A stretch of 64,000 nt of DNA. Origin: an uncultured Planctomycetaceae bacterium (lineage in GTDB: Bacteria > Planctomycetota > Planctomycetia > Planctomycetales > Planctomycetaceae). Below are positions 9,712-19,851 of the stretch, in pieces. The notes under the pieces are model-generated. The model did not search any database. It was not told the DNA's origin and was given only the letters and a program-made list of their open reading frames with translations. The position numbers and the translations under genes are program-made. How positions within the stretch are numbered: the first letter of the stretch is position 1; every line of letters starts with the position of its first letter. Where the stretch lies: NCBI GenBank assembly GCA_963976765.1, contig CAXBME010000026.1:62001-126000 (forward strand), in the 5' to 3' direction.

Positions 9712-10014
9712 CTGACCGTTGACGATCGAAAGTAGCAGGTCCGCTCCTGTTTGCCGCAGCCCAAACGCGAATGAATCATGTGACGCTGGCAGCACGACAA
9801 AGCGAGGCTGCTGCTTTGTCAACAGGCACTTTGCCAGGCTGAGAGCGATTCAGCCAGACATTGACGACCCGTCAAACGGGCAGGCGGTTATTCATTCGGC
9901 AGAAACAGGACCACTCGATTGACATCCTCGAACGAACGTTCGAGCACTACATCGAGATATGGTCATGGTCAGTGGCCTTCGAGACAATGCTCACTGCCGC
10001 TTCGTCAGCTTCAC

Positions 10015-10329
10015 GCAGCGTGCGTCTCGCCGCACCCGACGTCATTGATCACTGCCCAGAGGCATAAATCAGGGCGGCCCGTCCAGAATGGGCGGGTTGC
10101 GCCGCGAAAGATGTCTCATCATGTGCGGGCGAACCTACAAAGATCGTCCAATCAATTCCGAGAGCTGATGGCGAGGCATGTTGTGCCTTCGACACCCAAC
10201 CGCAAGCGGTTGGGCCCCCCCGCGTCTGGTTGAGACCTCTTGTGGCTCCACCACACCGGTTGCAAGCAACCGCTGCCACCCTCTCGGTCGAAAATCAACC
10301 GGTGCCACCCGCGTCAAGACGCATCCTAC
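10015..10329. repeat. REP/REPIN mosaic: degenerate GTAG-REP arms enclosing further palindromes
   Basis: 10015-10036 differs from the REP arm at 23973-23994 at 4 of 22 nt; 10311-10329 matches the opposite arm; internal palindromes CCCAACCGCAAGCGGTTGGG and CCGGTTGCAAGCAACCG. Confidence 0.6.
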
Positions 10330-10330
10330 T

Positions 10331-11383
10331 TCACTGCGCACGTAGTCCAGTCACCATAAAGTCCTGACCGGTAATTTCGGATGCGATGTCATCAATGAAT
10401 TGGTCCAAGGCTGATGAAATAAACTCCATCATTAGCCAGTTATGCTGGCCCGAGAAGTGCTTGTCAAGAACGTCTGGCGAGTAGCGAGCGAGCTCGCTGA
10501 GTCGGTGCATCGCTGCGTAGATAAGTGTCATGTCATGGTAAGACATCGCCCCTCGAACTGGGGAACGTTTGACGTACCACAAGCGTGTAGCACCGTGTAT
10601 GTACGAGACATGGTTCCGAACTTGGGCGTGGTAGTTGGTTAGACGGAGAAGGTTACCTTCCAGGTTCTGAGAGCCATTTCGCCATTTAAAGCGCTTCTTC
10701 ATTCGAATCGTCCAACTGTCAGGACGACCCATATCTCGTTCAAACTCTGTTGGGAGCTTGTTGATAACATGGTTATTCTGATACTGCCCACCTTGAATAT
10801 CCGCACAAAACCATGCTTGCGATGATCCTGCCTTTTTGACGAATCTCGGGTGCTTAATTGGGATGAAGAGTTCACTATCCGAATACGTCAGCGTGAATGC
10901 TCGATGAACAAATGGCATATTGTAAAGCAAGTCTTTCAGGGATACGTCGTTGCTCGGAGGTGCCTCGCTAAGGTATGCACGCAATCCTGCATGGACACCA
11001 CCGTTCTTGAACCGAACCATCTCGTTTGATAGCGACGTCCTCCCAGCGCGACTGGAGCCAGTTACTCCGTGTGACGGAGCGGCTCTGACATTTTTCACAT
11101 ACAATAGCGCCTTCGTTGCATTCATGATGGAGTAGTAGGCCGTGAGCGGCGCTGATGTCGGTGGGAGATTTGATGTCGCATCATAGAAGTGCCGGGATTG
11201 ATCCCAGAAAAATCGTGACCTTTCGTGCTTGTGGCGGCGCATCCAAAGGCTGACGTAATTCCAAGGATCTCCCGTAAGTACGGTTGGACTGTTGAAGTCA
11301 GGTGCGCAGATCGCCTTGTGAACGAACAGATTTTTGCTGCGGTACTTGATCCACTGCTGGCCCATTCGATTCGCTGACCTCAT
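10331..11383 (-). CDS. YaaC-like protein
   Basis: QSRHFY..PLTAYYSIMNATKALL..SHGV and C-terminal LSELARYSP, typical of the YaaC family; visibly lower GC than its neighbours. Confidence 0.75.
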   Translation of the reverse strand: MRSANRMGQQWIKYRSKNLFVHKAICAPDFNSPTVLTGDPWNYVSLWMRRHKHERSRFFWDQSRHFYDATSNLPPTSAPLTAYYSIMNATKALLYVKNVRAAPSHGVTGSSRAGRTSLSNEMVRFKNGGVHAGLRAYLSEAPPSNDVSLKDLLYNMPFVHRAFTLTYSDSELFIPIKHPRFVKKAGSSQAWFCADIQGGQYQNNHVINKLPTEFERDMGRPDSWTIRMKKRFKWRNGSQNLEGNLLRLTNYHAQVRNHVSYIHGATRLWYVKRSPVRGAMSYHDMTLIYAAMHRLSELARYSPDVLDKHFSGQHNWLMMEFISSALDQFIDDIASEITGQDFMVTGLRAQ

Positions 11384-11495
11384 AAGTTGCTTTATTGACG
11401 GTGTTTCACATCCTTATCCATCACTCGTAGTCAAATGTCAATTGGCAATTTTACAAGTACCCTTATCGAAGGGTCGCTTGGAAGCGATGGAATGC

Positions 11496-11534
11496 AAAAA
11501 GCCCGGCCGTTGATAACGACCGGGCTTTCTTTTT
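11496..11534. terminator. intrinsic terminator (bidirectional form) after gnd
   Basis: AAAAAGCCCGGCCGTT-GAT-AACGACCGGGCTTTCTTTTT. Confidence 0.85.
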
Positions 11535-11558
11535 GAGGTTGAGATTCGGAACGAATCG

Positions 11559-13028
11559 TTAGTCGATGTTGCGTTCGCGGATCCAGTCGGTGTGGAATTT
11601 TTCGCCGCGGGGTTTGTCGGTTCGCTCGTAGGTATGAGCGCCGAAGTAGTCTCGCTGGGCCTGCAGAAGGTTGGCGGGAAGACTCGCTCGACGGTAGCCG
11701 TCGAAGTAAGTCAGAGCCGCGCTGAAAGCCGGAACCGGCAGACCGAGTTGCACGGCTGCGGCGACGACTCGACGCCAGGCTGGTTGAGCGGCGTTGACTT
11801 CGTTTTTGAAGAAGTCGTCCAGCAGCAGGTTTTCCAGTTCCGGGTTCTTGTCGAACGCGACCTTGATGTCCTGCAGGAAGACCGAGCGAATGATACAGCC
11901 ACCTCGCCACAGCAGAGCGATCGGACCATTATTCAACTTCCAGCCAAACTCTTTGGCCGCGGCGTTCAACTGCACGTACCCCTGGGCGTAGCTGACCAGC
12001 TTGCTGGCGTACAACGCCTGGCGAACGTCGTCGATAAACTGCTGGCGGTCGCCTTCGAATTTGCCCTCCGGGCCGGAGAGGACTTCGCTGGCTCGGACTC
12101 GTTCGTCCTTCTGTGAAGACAGGCAGCGAGCGTAAACGGCTTCGGTCACCAGTGTCGTGGGAACTCCGAGTTCCAAAGCGTGCTGGCACATCCAGCGGCC
12201 TGTTCCCTTCTGGCCAGCGGTGTCGAGAATTTTGTCGACCAGGTCGCCGTCGCCTTCTTTGTCTGCGACGGTAAAGATGTCTCGCGTGATCTCGATCAGG
12301 TAACTGTCGAGCTGACCTTCGTTCCACTCTTTGAAGACTTCATACAGTTCGCGGTTGGTCAGCCCCAGGCCGTGCTTGAGGATGTAGTAGGCTTCGCAGA
12401 TCAACTGCATGTCACCGTACTCGATGCCGTTGTGCACCATCTTGACGTAGTGCCCGGCTCCGGCTTCGCCCACCCATTCGCAGCATGGGATGTCGTTATT
12501 TTCGCCGACCTTCGCGCTGATGGCCTGCAGGATGTCTTTAACAAACGGCCACGCTTCCGGATGACCGCCGGGCATGATGCTCGGGCCTTTGAGGGCTCCT
12601 TCTTCGCCGCCGGAAACTCCGGTACCGATGAAGCGGAAACCCTGTTCGGCGAGTTCGACGTGACGACGGTTGGTGTCGACGTAGTCGGCGTTACCACCGT
12701 CGATGATGATGTCGCCTTTGTCGAGCAGCGGTTTCAGCGAATCGATGACCGCGTCGGTTCCTCGACCGGCCTGAACCATGATCATGATTCGTCGAGGCGC
12801 TGCCAGGCTGTTGACGAAATCTGCGAGTTCCTCGTAACCGTGAATCCGGTCGGCGGTGCCTTCTTCGACAACGCCTTCCGGACGATCGCCCAGGCCGTTG
12901 ACGAATTCCGTCATTTTCTCGGTCGTGCGATTGTAAACGGCGACGTTGAACCCTTTGTTGGCCATGTTCATGACCAGGTTCTGCCCCATGACGGCAAGGC
13001 CGATGAGGCCGATATCGTTATTTGCCAT
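11559..13028 (-). CDS. gnd: 6-phosphogluconate dehydrogenase, decarboxylating (NADP+)
   Basis: [45 protein letters not shown]. Confidence 0.98.
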   Translation of the reverse strand: MANNDIGLIGLAVMGQNLVMNMANKGFNVAVYNRTTEKMTEFVNGLGDRPEGVVEEGTADRIHGYEELADFVNSLAAPRRIMIMVQAGRGTDAVIDSLKPLLDKGDIIIDGGNADYVDTNRRHVELAEQGFRFIGTGVSGGEEGALKGPSIMPGGHPEAWPFVKDILQAISAKVGENNDIPCCEWVGEAGAGHYVKMVHNGIEYGDMQLICEAYYILKHGLGLTNRELYEVFKEWNEGQLDSYLIEITRDIFTVADKEGDGDLVDKILDTAGQKGTGRWMCQHALELGVPTTLVTEAVYARCLSSQKDERVRASEVLSGPEGKFEGDRQQFIDDVRQALYASKLVSYAQGYVQLNAAAKEFGWKLNNGPIALLWRGGCIIRSVFLQDIKVAFDKNPELENLLLDDFFKNEVNAAQPAWRRVVAAAVQLGLPVPAFSAALTYFDGYRRASLPANLLQAQRDYFGAHTYERTDKPRGEKFHTDWIRERNID

Positions 13029-13045
13029 TGTGTCTGACTTTCAGA

Positions 13046-13115
13046 GTAGAGTGGGCACGGCCCACCATTGTTTTGAGAATCGTTTGTTGTGGCTGGTGGG
13101 CGGTGCCCACCCTAC
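13046..13115. repeat. REP doublet (REPIN-like inverted pair)
   Basis: GTAGAGTGGGCACGGCCCACCA ... TGGTGGGCGGTGCCCACCCTAC; GTAG-headed palindromic arms in inverted orientation. Confidence 0.85.
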
Positions 13116-13118
13116 GGG

Positions 13119-14198
13119 TCACCGCTGGATTCGAGCAGAACCACCAGCGGCGAAGGCTTCGACCTGTGACAGCGTGGCCATCGTGGTGTCGCCGGGGAAG
13201 GTGGTCAGCAGTGCTCCGTGAGCCCAGCCGAGTCGCAGAGCTTCTTCAGGAGACTTGCCGCTGAGCAGACCGTAGATCAGGCCGGACGCGAATCCGTCTC
13301 CGCCACCAACTCGGTCGAGGACGTCAAGTTCCGCCTGCGGAGCCTGGAACGTTTTGCCTTCCAGCCACAGCACGGCACTCCATGAGTGACGATTCGTGGT
13401 GTGAACTTCTCGAAGCGTCGTAGCAACGGCTTTGACGTTCGGCAGTTCTTTCGCAACGCCTTCCATCATGCCGAAGAAGGCACTCGGGTCGAGCTTGCCG
13501 GACTTCTCAACGTCCTGGCCTTTGATGCCCAGACCCATCTGCAGGTCTTCTTCGTTGCCGACCAGCACGTCGCACAGTTCGACGATGCTTCGCAGAGTCG
13601 ACTGGCAGGTTTCCAGACCGCCAGAGATCTGCCACAGCTTGGCTCGGTAGTTCAGGTCGAAGCTGACGATTGCTCCGGCTTCTTTGGCGGCTTTCATGCC
13701 TTCGATGATGACGCCCGGCGTCGTCGACGACAGAGCGGCAAAGATGCCTCCGCTATGGAACCAGCGAACTCCGCCAGCGTCAGCGAAGATTTTCTTCCAG
13801 TCGATATCGCCGGCTTTGAGCTGTGCGGCGGCTTCATTCGATCGATTGTAGAAAACGACCGGTGCGCGAACTCCGCAGCCCTGATCGCTGTAAACGGTGG
13901 CCATGTTCGGTCCGTTGACGCCGTTGTGTTCGAACTCTTTGTAAAACGGCGTCACCCCCATTGCTCGGACGCGTTCTTTGATCAGATCGCCCAGTGGGTA
14001 GTCGACCATAGCCGTCGCGATGCCGGTGTTCATGCCGAAGCAGTCAGACAGGTTGGCGGCGCAGTTGAACTCACCACCTGAAACGTGGATCGCACACTGG
14101 CTGGCTTTGCGGAACGGGATACGGCCCGGATCGATGCGGTTAACCATGGCCCCAAGTGCGAGAAAATCGAGACCACCTTCAGCGGGAATAGTCAGCAT
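13119..14198 (-). CDS. kdgK: PfkB-family sugar kinase, 2-keto-3-deoxygluconate kinase-like
   Basis: SGGEFNCAANL, SFDLNYRAKLW, GNEED, DRVGGGDGF. Confidence 0.85.
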   Translation of the reverse strand: MLTIPAEGGLDFLALGAMVNRIDPGRIPFRKASQCAIHVSGGEFNCAANLSDCFGMNTGIATAMVDYPLGDLIKERVRAMGVTPFYKEFEHNGVNGPNMATVYSDQGCGVRAPVVFYNRSNEAAAQLKAGDIDWKKIFADAGGVRWFHSGGIFAALSSTTPGVIIEGMKAAKEAGAIVSFDLNYRAKLWQISGGLETCQSTLRSIVELCDVLVGNEEDLQMGLGIKGQDVEKSGKLDPSAFFGMMEGVAKELPNVKAVATTLREVHTTNRHSWSAVLWLEGKTFQAPQAELDVLDRVGGGDGFASGLIYGLLSGKSPEEALRLGWAHGALLTTFPGDTTMATLSQVEAFAAGGSARIQR

Positions 14199-14547
14199 GA
14201 TGTTTCCTTTGAGAGTCTGAGTTCGTTTCGAATTTGTATTTCTGAGCGAACGAGTCCCTGGCGAGCGCGAGGGGGATTACGTGTTTCGCGAACGGAATCC
14301 GCACGCGGTTAAATTGCGGTGTCGCCGACAGCTGCCCTGCTGGTCGGTGGCGTTGCGTCCGCGATTTGCCAGGGGAGCACAACTGTCTGGCGGGCCTGGA
14401 CTTAGGAGTCCATGCGATGCTGGCGATCAGCCAACGGGACGCGGATTAGCCACGGATAATACAGTTTCCGCATGCAATTAAAAAGTTGGCCGAAGAATCG
14501 TGAATCCGGGACGGAAGGGGTCGGAAGATTTCTAACCACAGAGACCC

Positions 14548-14845
14548 CTTACCCTGAATCCCGGACAGGTATCGGTGTTGCTCAGGAGTGAAAAAACTCA
14601 GGTACTTCGGGCATTGGGTAATGCTCACGAGGAACGACCGGCGGCACCTGATGAACTCGGGAGCTTTGTTCTGTGATGTTGGCGGCTTCGGTCTTGAGTT
14701 CGAACCTCAGCTGCGGCGTCGGTCGCTGCCTGGTCCTGCTCGGTCACGCGATCGTGATGGCCGACTTTCGCTGAGTAAAATGATGGCGATCGTCATTGCC
14801 TCTCAGCTCGGCCATTATCGTGATCTCAAAGAGTCTTACTCAGCC
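14548..14845 (+). pseudogene. IS982-family transposase N-terminal remnant
   Basis: From ATG 14651: LFCDVGGFGLEFEPQ..RDRDGRLSLSKMMAIVIASQLGHYRDLKESY resembles the IS982 N-terminus (LFCxVDDF..FEP..LSxSEIMTI..FH...YRxFK.YY); truncated after about 65 codons; left boundary approximate. Confidence 0.75.
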
Positions 14846-14888
14846 TGCCAGACTGAAGCTCGGTTCGGTCACGAGCGGGAAGCAGGGG

Positions 14889-16148
14889 TTACGCTTTGAC
14901 GTTGATTGTGACCTGCTCGATGGCTGCGTGGCCGGATTTTCTAAAGGGGCGAGGCATCGGTTGTGCCTGGCCTTTTTCGTCGATCGTCCGGCAGCGGAGC
15001 GTGTATTTGCCTGCGGGAAGTCCAGGCAGCAGTATTGCCCAATGGACTTTCGCCAGTCGGATCGGCCAGGTTTCTGGATTCCCGGCAGCGTCAAAGCTGA
15101 GCGTGCCTTCAGGGATCTTTCCGTCCGGCAGTCCGCCGCCCCAATCAGCTGGTGGTGGCAGGATGGTGGCATCCTGCCAGGGAGCTGTTGTGAAATGCCT
15201 GTCGCCGGTCGGCAGCTTCTCTTCGTTGTTCTGAATAAAGGCCTGCACCTTCGCGACGCTGGCGATGCCCGCCTGAGCGTAACCGGTGACAGGAATCGGC
15301 TGTCCCGGTTTGACGGTGGCCGGAAAGTCGAACGTCGCCGCAAAGCTTTTCAGTTGGCTGTCGACGTCGTTGTTCTTCTCGGCGTAAGTGTCGTTGGCAC
15401 CGTGAATATTTGACAGGTAAAGGTGCGAGAGCCACTTGATTGACTTGAAGCCGTAAGCTTCCGGCACGACAACCCGGACCGGCCCGCCGCGCTCGCTGCT
15501 GAGCCACTGTCCGTTCAGCTTGTAGCACAAAATGACCGGCGGCAGATCGAACGGATCCTCAAGGATTCGACCGACCGGCATCGAACTGCGGAACATCTGC
15601 GACGGCTCGTCGTTGTGGTAGCCGTAGTAAAAGACTCGCCGTAGATCTTCCGTCGGCTGAGCCAGCCAGAGCACCTCGCGCAGAGGCACGCCTTCCCAGA
15701 TGCCCATGCCCAGAGGACAGCCGATGTTGAGGCACGTCATCACTTTCGGAAATCGCACGGCCTTCGTTTTTGCCAGCTCCATCAACGCCGCAAAATCGAA
15801 CGCCGTGTTGTCTGATTTCTTAAACTCTTTACGAACCCGCGCCGGCTTGTCGGGATCGCTCAGCACTTCGAGCTTCCACGTGTCGCGAGTCATCCCGACT
15901 TCCGCCTTATTCTCATCACTGAGCGAATGCGGAACCGGCTTTCCTCGCGACACATCCCGAAAATCATCCATCGCCGTCAGCCACGACTCCAGCTTCCCGA
16001 TGGCATCCTGCAACGCGGGCTCGCTGCCCGAGCCTTCGGCCTGCAAAGGCAGCGACTTCAAGGCCGCCGCGCCGGCAACTCCAAGCCCAAGAAAGTAACG
16101 TCTGGACAAAGCAAGGTGGTTGGTGATCAGCTCAGTTGAATCACTCAT
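14889..16148 (-). CDS. Tat-exported molybdopterin oxidoreductase, sulfite oxidase family
   Basis: SRRYFLG Tat motif; MTCLN..GIWEGVPL, ERGGPVRVVVPEAYGFKSIKWL; C-terminal Ig-like dimerisation region. Confidence 0.88.
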   Translation of the reverse strand: MSDSTELITNHLALSRRYFLGLGVAGAAALKSLPLQAEGSGSEPALQDAIGKLESWLTAMDDFRDVSRGKPVPHSLSDENKAEVGMTRDTWKLEVLSDPDKPARVRKEFKKSDNTAFDFAALMELAKTKAVRFPKVMTCLNIGCPLGMGIWEGVPLREVLWLAQPTEDLRRVFYYGYHNDEPSQMFRSSMPVGRILEDPFDLPPVILCYKLNGQWLSSERGGPVRVVVPEAYGFKSIKWLSHLYLSNIHGANDTYAEKNNDVDSQLKSFAATFDFPATVKPGQPIPVTGYAQAGIASVAKVQAFIQNNEEKLPTGDRHFTTAPWQDATILPPPADWGGGLPDGKIPEGTLSFDAAGNPETWPIRLAKVHWAILLPGLPAGKYTLRCRTIDEKGQAQPMPRPFRKSGHAAIEQVTINVKA

Positions 16149-16344
16149 TGCTGATTGTCTTTCTTCGAAAGGGTATGCCGCAGGATATCGCAGAAGACGC
16201 GAAAACTACATTTTCAGGGTGCCTTTGAGTGAAGGTTGCAGACGGTTCAGTCCTGCACGTCTTGGCGCGAGCAGAGTCCCCCATGCGATGGTGCGCCGGA
16301 ACCCGCCTCCAGGGTGGTGAAGCGGAAATCTGTGGCGAGCAAAC

Positions 16345-18381
16345 TCAGAACTCGATTTTGCAGTTCGGCAGGCGCTTGCGAAGCTTGTCGACAGCTACTT
16401 CAGAGAGGGCTGTGTATTTCAGGTTGAGCCGAGTGAGGCTGTTGAGCGATGCCAGCGACTTAACCGCCGCGTCAGTGATGTCCGTGCCTTCGAGGTTGAG
16501 ATCGGACAGCGAGGACAGCTTCGCCAGATGCTGGATGCCGGTGTCTCCGACCGAAACGTACGGCAGTTGCAGTCCTGTCAGCTCTTCGCATTGAGACAGC
16601 AGTTTCAGTCCCTCATCGGTAATCATTGTGCTGCCGATGTCGAGAAGCTGAAGCTCTTTCAGACGGGCGACCTGTCGCAGCTGAGAGTTCTTTAAACGGC
16701 TTCCTGACAGATTCAGGTGTCGGATCGATTTTCCAGACGCCAGCAGGCGAAGGTTGTCGGAGGTAAGAATCTGCACGCCGCTCAGGTCAACTCCGACGAT
16801 CGTACAATTGCGAGTTGGTAACGGGTCGCTGGCTTTGATGACGGATTCACCGGCGTTTGTTTCAACGCGGATTTCTCGGGCGGAGGCTCTGACCCAATCC
16901 GTCAACGGGTCACCGGTCGACAGAAACGATGCCGGAGGGGGAAGGGCGGCAATGCTCCGTGTCGTTGTGCCCGATGTTTCATCGACAGAGGTTTTCGAAT
17001 CGGCGGTGCCGTTCTGTTTTGCCGATGGAGCCTTCGATACGGGCTTTCTGGCCGGCGGTCCCGAACCTTGTGAAAGCGCAAACAGAACGATGCCGATCAT
17101 GACGACGGCTGTTCCCAATGAAATGGCCAGCGGAGCATAGTTTTTCTGCCGTCGTCGGATGGTCGGTCGTGCCGGCGCCGCGGGCTCGCGGACGATAACA
17201 GCCTCGCTGTTGAGATCAGCCAAAAAGACGTTCAGCGTCTCGTCAGCCTGCGAGTCGAGCGTTGGAAGCTCCAGGGCTGGTGCCAGAGTCAGTTCCACTT
17301 CTGGCTGAATTTCCAGCGATTGCGGGTTCGCCGCGAAGGCTTCCAGGACGGCCGCGACTTCGGCGGGCGTCTGAAAACGCTGAGCCGGATCACGGTGCAG
17401 CATTTTTGCGACGATATGCACCAGCACGGGTGGAAGTTCTGGCCGGTACACGCTGACTGGTGGAGCGTCTTTGTTGATCCGTTCGAGCAGCTTTTCCATT
17501 ACGTTTTCGCCGGTGTACGGCAGTTTGCTGCAGAGCAGTTGGAAAAGCGTGACGCCCAGCCCGTAAATATCCGATCGAATATCAACGGTGCTGGAACTCA
17601 TGGCCTGCTCGGGCGACATGTAATCGGGCGAGCCCATGATCTGGCCGCTGCGCGTGACTCCGCCGTCTGCAGCTTCGAAGTTCGCCGGCCCGGCGGTAGC
17701 GAGTTCAGCCTGGTGCGCGACTCTCGCCAGCCCCAGATCCAGAATTTTGATCAGTGGCCGACCGGTTTTCGGATCCTTGGTGACCAGCAGGTTCGACGGT
17801 TTGATATCGCGATGAACGATGCCCTGCTCGAACGCGTGCTGAAGTCCCAGAGCCGCCTGACGAATACATTCGCAGGCAAATTCGACAGAAACCTGCCCCC
17901 GTTCTTTGACAACAGCCTTCAGATCCCGTCCGGAAAAATACTCCATCACGAGAAAGAATCGATTGCCAATCTGGTCGGCATCGATGGCTCGGACGATGTT
18001 CGGGTGATTGAGGCTGGCGGAAAAAGCGATCTCCCGCTCAAAACGGGCTCGAGCGATGCCATCGTCGTGAAGATTGGTCGCCATCACCTTGAGGGCAACT
18101 TCGCGGCGCAGCGTGGTACTCTCAGCTTTGAGAACCGCTCCCATGCCGCCCTGGCCGAGAACATCCATCAGTTTGTACTTGCCCAGGTACAACTTGCTTT
18201 TGCCGGCCAGAATCTGACGAGCCTGCCATTCGGTCAGCCATTTTCTGAGAATCAGCTCTCTCGCGACACTGACGGCGTCTGAATCCGTAGCCAGAGACGC
18301 CGCCACTGCTACCTGCTCCGGAGCGAGCAAATTGCTGCGACGCAGAGTCGTCATGAATGACTCGACGGCGTTGCCAGACAT
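16345..18381 (-). CDS. Ser/Thr kinase with one TM helix and C-terminal leucine-rich repeats
   Basis: GQGGMG, HRDIKPSN, DLG, YMSPE; TM LAISLGTAVVMIGIVLFAL; LRRs (LNLEGTDITDAAV). Start set at MSGNAVE; the ORF is open to 18597. Confidence 0.9.
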   Translation of the reverse strand: MSGNAVESFMTTLRRSNLLAPEQVAVAASLATDSDAVSVARELILRKWLTEWQARQILAGKSKLYLGKYKLMDVLGQGGMGAVLKAESTTLRREVALKVMATNLHDDGIARARFEREIAFSASLNHPNIVRAIDADQIGNRFFLVMEYFSGRDLKAVVKERGQVSVEFACECIRQAALGLQHAFEQGIVHRDIKPSNLLVTKDPKTGRPLIKILDLGLARVAHQAELATAGPANFEAADGGVTRSGQIMGSPDYMSPEQAMSSSTVDIRSDIYGLGVTLFQLLCSKLPYTGENVMEKLLERINKDAPPVSVYRPELPPVLVHIVAKMLHRDPAQRFQTPAEVAAVLEAFAANPQSLEIQPEVELTLAPALELPTLDSQADETLNVFLADLNSEAVIVREPAAPARPTIRRRQKNYAPLAISLGTAVVMIGIVLFALSQGSGPPARKPVSKAPSAKQNGTADSKTSVDETSGTTTRSIAALPPPASFLSTGDPLTDWVRASAREIRVETNAGESVIKASDPLPTRNCTIVGVDLSGVQILTSDNLRLLASGKSIRHLNLSGSRLKNSQLRQVARLKELQLLDIGSTMITDEGLKLLSQCEELTGLQLPYVSVGDTGIQHLAKLSSLSDLNLEGTDITDAAVKSLASLNSLTRLNLKYTALSEVAVDKLRKRLPNCKIEF

Positions 18382-19088
18382 GATTGAGGACGTTTGTTGA
18401 GGAATCGGGGTGGGAATTTTCGGAAGGCGACTCAGGTTGGAAGGGGCAGCATACACCACCCGTCCGACGGTTCGCGATGCATTTTCTGCGTCAGAGCTGA
18501 CATCCGACTGCTCGTCAGGGGACAGGAGCAGCTCGTGCTCATGCAAGCGACCAGTCGAACGAACAGGGGCTCGCGATGCGGAGGCATGATGATTCACAGC
18601 CTGTTCACGGTCGAATCGGGCAGCAGCCCTGGCGAGCCGCCCTGCTCAAAGCGCCGGCGCGTAAAAATACCCCCACCGAACTGGCACCACGCGATTTGCT
18701 GAGACCCGTGACGTTATAAGGTGGGAGCCTTCTGCCCGGGATGTGACGTCCGAACGAATCGGCATGCCCCATGGCCAAACAAGGAAGTTCCCTTTTTAGT
18801 CATTCTTGTAGGGTCAACAGCGTTTGGCGTGTGTGCCAGACCTCGGTGGAGGTACAGGCCAATGCTAGCTCGGCACTCCCTGCTCAGCAACAACTGAGTC
18901 GGCGGGAATCCTGCGAATTTCAATTCCCCGGTTCCGGAGAGGCTGCTCCTTGCCAGTTCTGCAGAGGATCTGTCACAACACTGCATGAATTTGCCGATGA
19001 CTGCCTCGATCGCCTGCTCAAATTTAACAACGTCGAGAAGTCCTCAAGTCAGATCTGAGAAATTGTGCAAACAACTGCAGTCGGTCTT

Positions 19089-19117
19089 TTGACACTCCGA
19101 TATGGGATCGATATCGT
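19089..19117 (+). promoter_or_regulatory. sigma70 promoter of the atp operon
   Basis: TTGACA (19089-94), 17-bp spacer, TATCGT (19112-17); AGGAG SD before ATG 19157. Confidence 0.7.
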
Positions 19118-19156
19118 CCTGCCCGCTTCGGAGAGGGTTCTCTCAGGAGTGAAACG

Positions 19157-19375
19157 ATGACGGATTCAGACGACCGCAGAGCGACGTCCAATGCCATGCG
19201 TTGGGCATCACAGGTGACATCCCTCGGGATGGAACTGGCCGTTCCAGCGGGAGCGGGAGTCTGGTTGGATTCAAAATATGGGACTTTGCCGGGATTTACT
19301 CTCGTCGGAGTTTGCTTCGGAAGTTATTTGGCTTTTCGAGGCCTGCAACAACTTCTTCGCGATCTCGAAAAATGA
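19157..19375 (+). CDS. AtpZ/AtpI-family (ATPase gene 1) protein
   Basis: Two TMs, GVWLDSKYGTLP; first gene of the atp operon. Confidence 0.85.
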   Translation: MTDSDDRRATSNAMRWASQVTSLGMELAVPAGAGVWLDSKYGTLPGFTLVGVCFGSYLAFRGLQQLLRDLEK

Positions 19376-19800
19376 GTTCCACGCCCGATGACACTGGCGA
19401 TCAGACGCGTAGAAGCGTTTTTGCTGACATGGTTCGGCTGGTCGGTGCAAGTTTGGGTTTTGCGTTTCTGATGGCTGGTCCCGCGTGGCTGGTTGCGGAG
19501 ACGAAAGGGCTGATCGGATTGAGTGTGTCGGCTTTGTTGTGCACCATTCCGGGGTGTCTGATTGTTGCTTTTAAGGGGTTGGTCGGCGAATCGCAGGCCA
19601 CTCTTGTTCTGGTTGCGGGCGGAATCAGGATGTTCTTCGTCCTGCTAGGCGCTCTTGGGGCGAAATTCGCTGTAACCGGGTACGGGCTGAAAGAGTTTTT
19701 TATCTGGCTGGCTCTGTTTTATTTGTTCACGCTTGCGGTTGAGACTACGGCTCTGCTTGCGGCCGCTGAAAAGCTGAAAACGGAACGGCAAGCTGATTGA
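19372..19800 (+). CDS. ATP synthase I-like 4-TM membrane protein
   Basis: ATGA overlap with the previous gene; four TM segments, GGIRMFF; lies before atpB. Confidence 0.75.
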   Translation: MSSTPDDTGDQTRRSVFADMVRLVGASLGFAFLMAGPAWLVAETKGLIGLSVSALLCTIPGCLIVAFKGLVGESQATLVLVAGGIRMFFVLLGALGAKFAVTGYGLKEFFIWLALFYLFTLAVETTALLAAAEKLKTERQAD

Positions 19801-19851
19801 GTTGTAGCTGGCAGGCTGTATGGTTCGTGGGTGACTCCTGAGAACAGACTT

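Noticed and set aside
9719..10341. Short ORFs between AOR and YaaC
   Set aside because: Overlap palindromic repeats and have no recognisable domain; a gene remnant cannot be excluded
12180..13037. 285-aa + strand ORF
   Set aside because: Antisense shadow of gnd produced by codon bias; no motifs
17320..18282. 320-aa + strand ORF
   Set aside because: Antisense shadow of the kinase domain
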